Source: a virus
Virus genome (UHGV): UHGV-1569641
Direction: 5' to 3' (one strand)
DNA length: 11,942 nt
The translations under genes were made by a program, and so were the position numbers. This document shows positions 7,340-11,942 of the stretch, piece after piece. The notes below the pieces were generated by a model that was not told the DNA's origin, did not search any database, and worked only from the letters and a program-made list of their open reading frames with translations. The first letter of the stretch is position 1; each line of letters starts with the position of its first letter.

Positions 7340-7358
7340 CAAAAATAAAGGGTAATAT
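7328..7358 (+). promoter_or_regulatory. Candidate late promoter PR' / qut region (approximate)
   Basis: Inference from position (Q-dependent late promoters lie just downstream of Q) plus sigma70-like hexamers TTGAGA (7328-7333) and TAATAT (7353-7358, 19-bp spacer) or GGTAAT (17-bp spacer). Not strongly supported by sequence alone. Confidence 0.3.
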
Positions 7359-7427
7359 ATAACAGAAGGTTTATATAGTTAGAAGCAAGGTTGTGCTTCT
7401 AAAGGAAGTGGCTTGAGGGAGCCACTT

Positions 7428-7467
7428 ATATGTTGGGGAGGCAACGCCTCCCGCAACATATCTTTTT
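7428..7467 (+). terminator. Rho-independent terminator on the plus strand (candidate tR' / end of the Q transcript)
   Basis: Long GC-rich stem (ATATGTTGGGGAGG / CCTCCCGCAACATAT, one bulged G) with 5-nt loop, followed by C-TTTTT. The strand-specific T-tract is on the plus strand only. Lies immediately before the convergent porin stop codon. Confidence 0.6.
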
Positions 7468-7477
7468 CGTAATCAGA

Positions 7478-8560
7478 TTAGAACTGGTAAACCAGACCTA
7501 CAGCAACGATGTCATCAGTATCAATACCAGCTGTTTTGGTAAACTTACTATCGTCAATTAAGTTGATTTTGTAATCAACAAAAGTGGACATGTTTTTATT
7601 AAAGTAGTAAGTAGCACCGACATCGACATACTTGACTAAGTCTCGGTCACCATGAACACCAAGGTCTTTACCTTTTGACTGAAGGTAAGCAACAGATGGG
7701 CGCAGACCGAAGTCAAACTGATATTGTGCTACTGCTTCAAAGTTTTGTGCTTTGTTTGCAATATGGTTATTACCAAAAACGGTCATATTCTGAGTTTCAG
7801 AATATGTGGTAGCCAGATAGATATTGTTCGCATCATATTTCAGGCCTGCAGCCCATACTTCCGCATTTTTGCCGGAGGCATTGAATTTGCTCTTACCATA
7901 GGCGACCTGACCGTCAGTGCGATCTGATTTAGCATAGGTTGCACCCACGCCGAATCCTTCATACTCATAAGTAGTGGAGAAACCGAAACCATCACCATTG
8001 GCTTCAGTTACGTCAGTGCGGTCATTTTTACCCTGATACTGAGCAGCAAAGTTCAGGCCATCGACCAGACCAAAGAAGTCGTTGTTACGATAAGTTGCAA
8101 CACCAGTAGTGCGACCAGTCATGAACACATCTGTTTGGGTCCAGGTATCACCACCGAATTCTGGCAGGACGTCAGTCCACGCACCGATGTCGTATGCTAC
8201 ACCGTAGTTACGGCCGTAATCGATTGAGCCGTAATCACCAAATTTCAGGCCTGCAAATGCAAGACGGGTTTTGTCTTTGGAAGAACCTTGAGATTCAGCG
8301 CGGTTGCCTTTGAATTCATATTCCCACTGACCGAAACCAGTCAGTTGATCGTTGATTTGGGTTTCACCTTTGAAGCCAAGACGGGCATAAGTAGTATCAC
8401 CATCATCTGCATCATTAGAGGAGAAGTAGTGCTTAGCATTAACTTTCCCGTACAGATCCAGCTTGTTACTGTCTTTATTATAAATTTCAGCTGCCTGAGC
8501 AGACATCGCCATCAGTACTGATGCAGCTACAGCAGAAATTGCCACTGTTAATTTTTTCAT
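7478..8560 (-). CDS. nmpC: Outer-membrane general porin, NmpC / Lc / OmpD-type (prophage-encoded, lysogenic-conversion porin)
   Basis: 360-aa ORF with signal peptide ([29 protein letters not shown]), porin motifs ([19 protein letters not shown]) and C-terminal VYQF. Opposite orientation to the flanking phage genes; appears intact. Confidence 0.9.
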   Translation of the reverse strand: MKKLTVAISAVAASVLMAMSAQAAEIYNKDSNKLDLYGKVNAKHYFSSNDADDGDTTYARLGFKGETQINDQLTGFGQWEYEFKGNRAESQGSSKDKTRLAFAGLKFGDYGSIDYGRNYGVAYDIGAWTDVLPEFGGDTWTQTDVFMTGRTTGVATYRNNDFFGLVDGLNFAAQYQGKNDRTDVTEANGDGFGFSTTYEYEGFGVGATYAKSDRTDGQVAYGKSKFNASGKNAEVWAAGLKYDANNIYLATTYSETQNMTVFGNNHIANKAQNFEAVAQYQFDFGLRPSVAYLQSKGKDLGVHGDRDLVKYVDVGATYYFNKNMSTFVDYKINLIDDSKFTKTAGIDTDDIVAVGLVYQF

Positions 8561-8988
8561 CGTGAGCCCTTTTTTTTGAACTATTATTAAAAAATGATGT
8601 CACTGCGCGATAAATATTCATCTAATCAATGTGATTATTTCAAGATGTAAGTTTTGGTTTCTCGTTTGATTTGTGAAGTAGATCTCTATTTTTATCTGAA
8701 CTTTTTTCTATCGAATCCTATTCATAGCTCTTGGCTGAATAAAAATAAATCTATTAGCCAATTTATACTAACGGTTGTTATTTATAAGTGCTCTATAATT
8801 TGAAGGTTCAATTTAAATCGGCTAAAAATAACACTGGAAATTATTTGTTGGTTATTTGTTGAGATTTGCTTATGTATTTGTAGTGGTGTTTTCAATACTC
8901 GGTAGCATTCTCGCAAATATCATTTAGTGGTTTACGTACGTAAAAAATTGGTTATGCTGTTAAGAGTGGTTACTTCGTCACACAGCTT
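8561..8988 (-). promoter_or_regulatory. AT-rich upstream regulatory region of the porin gene (promoter not pinned down)
   Basis: About 570 bp of AT-rich non-coding DNA between the porin start and the holin gene. AAGGG RBS about 8 nt upstream of the porin ATG. Contains a tandem GTTATTTGTTG motif at 8840-8861. Confidence 0.35.
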
Positions 8989-9012
8989 AAACCCGCCGTC
9001 GAGCGGGTTTTT
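8989..9012 (+). terminator. Rho-independent terminator-like hairpin on the plus strand, upstream of the lysis cassette
   Basis: AAACCCGC-cgtcga-GCGGGTTT followed by TTTTT cc ATTTTTT on the plus strand; about 120 nt upstream of the holin start. Confidence 0.5.
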
Positions 9013-9133
9013 CCATTTTTTGAGTCTCGATATTAGCTGATAACCCAATACCTGAGTTATTCACTGACTTCGAGTCTGTTACGTTTCGTAGTATTCCCTC
9101 AATTTACACCCGCTTTGTCTGCGAGGTGGGGTT

Positions 9134-9349
9134 ATGAAATCCATGGATAAGTTAACAACGGGTGTCGCCTATGGCACCTCAGCAGGTAGTGCCGGGTACT
9201 GGTTTTTACAGCTGCTAGATAAAGTCACGCCCTCACAGTGGGCGGCAATTGGAGTGCTGGGTAGCCTGGTATTTGGCCTGCTGACGTACCTGACAAACCT
9301 TTATTTCAAGATTAAAGAAGATAAGCGTAAGGCTGCGAGAGGTGAATAA
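9134..9349 (+). CDS. S: Class II holin, S21-type pinholin, with dual-start motif
   Basis: 71 aa, two transmembrane segments, N-terminal MKSMDK (Met1/Met4 dual start typical of S21), C-terminal charged tail [13 protein letters not shown]. Very similar to phage 21 S as recalled. Confidence 0.9.
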
Positions 9350-9846
9350 TGTCGCCATCATTACGCAAGGCTGTAGCAGCTGCTATTGGTGGTGGGGCTG
9401 TTGCCATAGCGTCTGTGCTCATCACTGGTCCGAGTGGTGACGATGGTCTGGAAGGTGTCAGCTACATACCATATAAAGATATTGTTGGTGTATGGACTGT
9501 ATGTCACGGGCATACAGGAAAAGACATCATGCTCGGTAAAACGTATACCAAAGCAGAATGCAAAGCACTCTTGAATAAAGACCTTGCCACTGTCGCCAGA
9601 CAAATTAACCCGTACATCGAAGTCGATATACCGGAAACAACGCGCGGCGCTCTTTACTCATTCGTTTACAACGTGGGTGCTGGCAATTTCAGAACATCGA
9701 CGCTTCTTCGCAAAATAAACCAGGGCGATATCAAAGGCGCATGTGATCAGCTACGGCGCTGGACATACGCTGGCGGTAATCAATGGAAAGGACTGATGAC
9801 TCGCCGTGAGATTGAGCGTGAAGTCTGTTTGTGGGGGAAACAATGA
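9349..9846 (+). CDS. R: SAR endolysin (phage 21 R-type lysozyme, GH24 / T4-lysozyme fold)
   Basis: 165 aa. N-terminal Gly/Ala-rich weakly hydrophobic signal-anchor-release segment ([20 protein letters not shown]), then lysozyme core ([12 protein letters not shown]...VWTVCHG). Start overlaps the holin stop (TAATG). Confidence 0.9.
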   Translation: MSPSLRKAVAAAIGGGAVAIASVLITGPSGDDGLEGVSYIPYKDIVGVWTVCHGHTGKDIMLGKTYTKAECKALLNKDLATVARQINPYIEVDIPETTRGALYSFVYNVGAGNFRTSTLLRKINQGDIKGACDQLRRWTYAGGNQWKGLMTRREIEREVCLWGKQ

Positions 9847-10301
9847 GCAGAGTAACCGCGATTATCTCCGCTCTGGTTATCTGCATCATCGTCTGCCTGT
9901 CATGGGCTGTTAATCATTACCGTGATAACGCCATTACCTACAAAGCCCAGCGCGACAAAAATGTCAGAGAACTGGAGAAGGCGAACGCCACCATCGCTGA
10001 CATGCGGAAGCGTCAACGTGATGTAGCAGAACTCGATGCAAGATACACAAAGGAGCTTGCTGATGCTAACGCGACTATCGAAAGTCTCCGTGCTGATGTT
10101 TCTGCTGGGCGTAAGCGCCTGCAAGTCGCCGCCACCTGTGCAAAGTCAACGACCGGAGCCAGCGGCATGGGCGATGGAGAAAGCCCAGGACTTACAGCAG
10201 ATGCTGAACTCAATTATTACCGTCTCCGAAGTGGAATCGACAAGATAACCGCGCAGGTTAACTACCTGCAGGAATACATCAGGACGCAATGCCTGAAATA
10301 A
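9843..10301 (+). CDS. Rz: Rz-like inner-membrane spanin (i-spanin)
   Basis: ATG at 9843 overlaps the lysozyme stop (ATGA). N-terminal TM helix ([14 protein letters not shown]) and coiled-coil periplasmic domain. Track start 9831 is an upstream alternative. Confidence 0.8.
   Translation: MSRVTAIISALVICIIVCLSWAVNHYRDNAITYKAQRDKNVRELEKANATIADMRKRQRDVAELDARYTKELADANATIESLRADVSAGRKRLQVAATCAKSTTGASGMGDGESPGLTADAELNYYRLRSGIDKITAQVNYLQEYIRTQCLK
10063..10248 (+). CDS. Rz1: Rz1-like outer-membrane lipoprotein spanin (o-spanin), embedded in Rz in the +1 frame
   Basis: ORF fully inside Rz. Lipobox LLGVSAC followed by a Pro-rich mature region ([13 protein letters not shown]). Start chosen at the internal Met ([20 protein letters not shown]) of the 10036-10248 track ORF. 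Confidence 0.7.
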   Translation: MLTRLSKVSVLMFLLGVSACKSPPPVQSQRPEPAAWAMEKAQDLQQMLNSIITVSEVESTR

Positions 10302-10333
10302 TTTTTTTGCAAATCACAAAGTCCATTTAATGA

Positions 10334-10355
10334 GCCTCGCGATGCGGGGCTTTTT
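10334..10355 (+). terminator. Rho-independent terminator after the lysis cassette (first of two)
   Basis: Stem GCCTCGC / GCGGGGC (one G-U pair), 3-nt loop, followed by TTTTT. Confidence 0.5.
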
Positions 10356-10362
10356 GCAATAA

Positions 10363-10387
10363 ATGCGTACCGCAACGCATGTTTTTT
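10363..10387 (+). terminator. Rho-independent terminator after the lysis cassette (second)
   Basis: ATGCGT-accgca-ACGCAT hairpin followed by G-TTTTTT. Confidence 0.5.
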
Positions 10388-10502
10388 ACACCGAATCTGC
10401 CCCTTTGGAATGGGCCTTTGAGGATACCAGTTAGTGCTGGCGAGCCTCGGTGGGCTGGTTTCCTGTGCGGCAAAGGTTCATTTCAAAGAGTAGGTACACG
10501 CT

Positions 10503-11000
10503 ATGAAATCATTAACCCTCTTCAATTAACCAATTCGTATCGGTGAAGATGGCATGATCTGCCTCACTGATATGTGGAAAGCCAGTGGTAAAAGTGAATC
10601 TGAATCGCCTTACCACTACCTGCGAAACAAGCAGACCAAAGAGTTCTTAGCCGAGCTGGAGAAAAACCACGAATCTGTGGTTTTTACTGAGCGCGGTGTA
10701 CACGGTGGAACATATGGCGGGAAGTTTGTTGCTTACGATTATGCGGCTTGGTTAAACCCCGGGTTCAAGTACGCGGCCTATAAAGTCCTCGATGACTACT
10801 TCACCGGAGAACTTCAGCATCGCAACAGCTTAAGTGCGCAGCTCAACATGAAATGTCATGAGTTTGACCAGAAGAAAGACATGGCGAGCTTCTGCGGACA
10901 AGGGCTGGCAGCATGGCGCTATACGAAGCCAGTGTTGGTCGCTGAGATTAACTCCCTGGCTAACCAGCTGCAGATTACGATCCCCGGGCTTCCGGGATGA
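10503..11000 (+). pseudogene. KilA-N domain protein interrupted by an in-frame TAA near the N-terminus (a truncated product from ATG 10554 is possible)
   Basis: ATG at 10503, eight codons (MKSLTLFN), TAA at 10527-10529, then the same frame continues PIRIGEDGMICLTDMWKASGK...EFLAELEK, a KilA-N-type N-terminus. The first downstream ATG is 10554, which is the track ORF 10554-11000. Confidence 0.5.
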
Positions 11001-11266
11001 GTGATCATGTTATTGAATGCGCCTCCAGAGCGGGGCGCGACTTCTCAGAGTTCATGAAAGGCGAGAAGGGCATGATGGAAGCATTGGCCTCGGTGGACGA
11101 GTTTGGCGAGCAGCTGCGCCTCAACGGCTGTGTCAATCATCACTTTGTTAGCTACATGATGCGGAACTCGATCATGCAGGCATTCATGGACATGGCAAAA
11201 GCCGAGAGGAAAGAAGAGCGCCGGCGTAAGCGAGCGGAAGCAAAAGCAAAAGCAAAAGTGAAGTAG
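10997..11266 (+). CDS. Hypothetical small protein with Lys/Glu/Ala-rich C-terminal tail
   Basis: 89-aa ORF starting in an ATGA overlap with the KilA-N stop. C-terminal AKAERKEERRRKRAEAKAKAKVK. No family recognised. Confidence 0.45.
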   Translation: MSDHVIECASRAGRDFSEFMKGEKGMMEALASVDEFGEQLRLNGCVNHHFVSYMMRNSIMQAFMDMAKAERKEERRRKRAEAKAKAKVK

Positions 11267-11303
11267 CCATTACAAAGCCCATTTACGGGTGGGCTTGATA
11301 ATG
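11256..11303 (+). repeat. Hairpin-containing repeat, copy 1 (AAGTGAAG-TAG-CCATTAC-AAAGCCCA-loop-TGGGCTT-GATAATG)
   Basis: Seen directly: stem AAGCCCA (11275-11281) / TGGGCTT (11290-11296), followed by GATAATG; begins at the stop codon of the 89-aa ORF. Paired with copy 2 at 11552-11606. Confidence 0.5.
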
Positions 11304-11490
11304 AAACCGGAATTTATTCTGGGCCACCAGTTAACGGCAGTACCACGAAACAACCCAAGCCAGTAAGTGGGGAAATAACACCGGCAGCCACTGAAAGATG
11401 AACCTCCTGCCTTATGGCAAAAAAGATTCTTTGTGGTGGCGGACTGATGGAAAGACATCCTAATTTCAGCCAAACATTGAAGGAGTTGTT

Positions 11491-11562
11491 ATGTCAGCAG
11501 AAGGTTTCAATAACCCATCAAAATTCCGGGATGAGTGGGATAGCAGCGTAAAGAGTAAGTGA
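11491..11562 (+). CDS. Possible 23-aa small ORF (MSAEGFNNPSKFRDEWDSSVKSK)
   Basis: ATG preceded by a strong SD (GAAGGAG, 5-nt spacer). Too short to judge; could be a gene remnant. Confidence 0.2.
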   Translation: MSAEGFNNPSKFRDEWDSSVKSK

Positions 11563-11606
11563 TGCCATCACAAAAGCCATTCCCTACAGAGTGGCTTTGA
11601 TAATGG
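11552..11606 (+). repeat. Hairpin-containing repeat, copy 2 (AAGAGTAAG-TGA-TGCCATCAC-AAAAGCCA-loop-TGGCTTT-GATAATGG)
   Basis: Seen directly: stem AAAGCCA (11574-11580) / TGGCTTT (11592-11598), followed by GATAATGG; begins at the stop codon of the 23-aa ORF. The stem sequence differs from copy 1 but pairing is preserved. Confidence 0.5.
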
Positions 11607-11803
11607 CTTATACCCTACACGGGATAACTTAACTGATATCCCTTTTAAAGGATAAAGGTATTCAAGCCTGACATATCATGCGCTGTATCGTCGCCGTATT
11701 CCCGTATTAACAGAGACCGTAGCCCGACGGGGAACTCCTTCTGCGCGAGTGTGCAGGAATAATCAAAAACGATGCACACCGGGGGTACCGGGTACACATA
11801 TTT

Positions 11804-11942
11804 GGTGATGCTGCCAACTTACTGATTTAGTGTATGATGGTGTTTTTGAGGTGCTCCAGTGGCTTCTGTTTCTATCAGCTGTCCCTCCTGTTCAGCTACT
11901 GACGGGGTGGTGCGTAACGGCAAAAGCACCGCCGGACATCAG
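11804..11942 (+). mobile_element. IS1 insertion sequence, left end (inverted repeat plus start of insA); continues beyond the window
   Basis: GGTGATGCTGCCAACTTACTGATTTAGTGTATGATGGTGTTTTTGAGGTGCTCCAGTGGCTTCTGTTTCTATCAGCTGTCCC... matches the IS1 terminal inverted repeat and 5' region as recalled. Confidence 0.85.
11859..11942 (+). CDS. insA: IS1 InsA (transposition regulator / N-terminal part of the InsAB' transposase), 5' partial, GTG start
   Basis: Translation from GTG 11859 gives (M)[27 protein letters not shown], the InsA N-terminus with its zinc-finger Cys residues. Runs off the window edge. Confidence 0.8.
   Translation, partial: MASVSISCPSCSATDGVVRNGKSTAGHQ

Larger units (their letters stand above)
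7305..7477 (-). ncRNA. ipeX: Structured 3'UTR of the porin transcript; candidate IpeX-like regulatory RNA
   Basis: About 170 nt between the porin stop (7478) and a minus-strand terminator, containing at least four hairpins. Established knowledge (as recalled): the DLP12 nmpC / PA-2 lc 3'UTR encodes IpeX, which inhibits OmpC expression. Confidence 0.4.

Noticed and set aside
7724-8521. Plus-strand ORFs 7724-7927 and 8288-8521 inside the porin gene
   Set aside because: Antisense to a porin CDS with clear signal peptide and beta-barrel motifs.
8561-9133. Possibility that the AT-rich 570-bp region encodes a protein
   Set aside because: No ORF of meaningful length on either strand; stop codons are frequent in all frames.
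9361-10213. Minus-strand ORFs 9361-9603, 9900-10124 and 10013-10213 in the lysis cassette
   Set aside because: Antisense to the endolysin and Rz genes. Only the plus-strand +1-frame ORF (Rz1) has lipoprotein signals.
11270-11473. 67-aa minus-strand ORF
   Set aside because: No RBS and a Trp/Cys/Phe-rich odd composition; it lies in a region that looks like decayed non-coding DNA.

Overview
This window reads as the early-right and late-left arm of a lambdoid (phage 21 / DLP12-like) prophage from an Escherichia/Shigella-type host, annotated from the sequence and ORF track alone with no database search. Left to right: an immunity region (leftward CI-type repressor with S24 autocleavage domain, operator repeats, rightward Cro-like and CII-like genes), a replication module (O-like initiator with an in-gene iteron array), a nin-like accessory block (PerC-like regulator, disrupted Dam-type methyltransferase, LexA-DBD-like protein, RusA resolvase, KilA-N/Roi-like protein, DUF968-like protein), a Q antiterminator, a convergently oriented NmpC/Lc-type porin moron with a structured 3'UTR, an S21-type pinholin / SAR-endolysin / Rz-Rz1 lysis cassette, a two-gene accessory module, and the left end of an IS1 at the window edge. 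I do not see a clearly novel defence or other system; the most notable observations are signs of prophage decay (two lesions in the methyltransferase, an in-frame stop in a KilA-N gene, IS1 truncation), the porin/IpeX-like conversion module, the iteron origin, and a pair of ~50-bp hairpin repeats downstream of stop codons. All family assignments rest on recalled motifs and should be confirmed by homology search.
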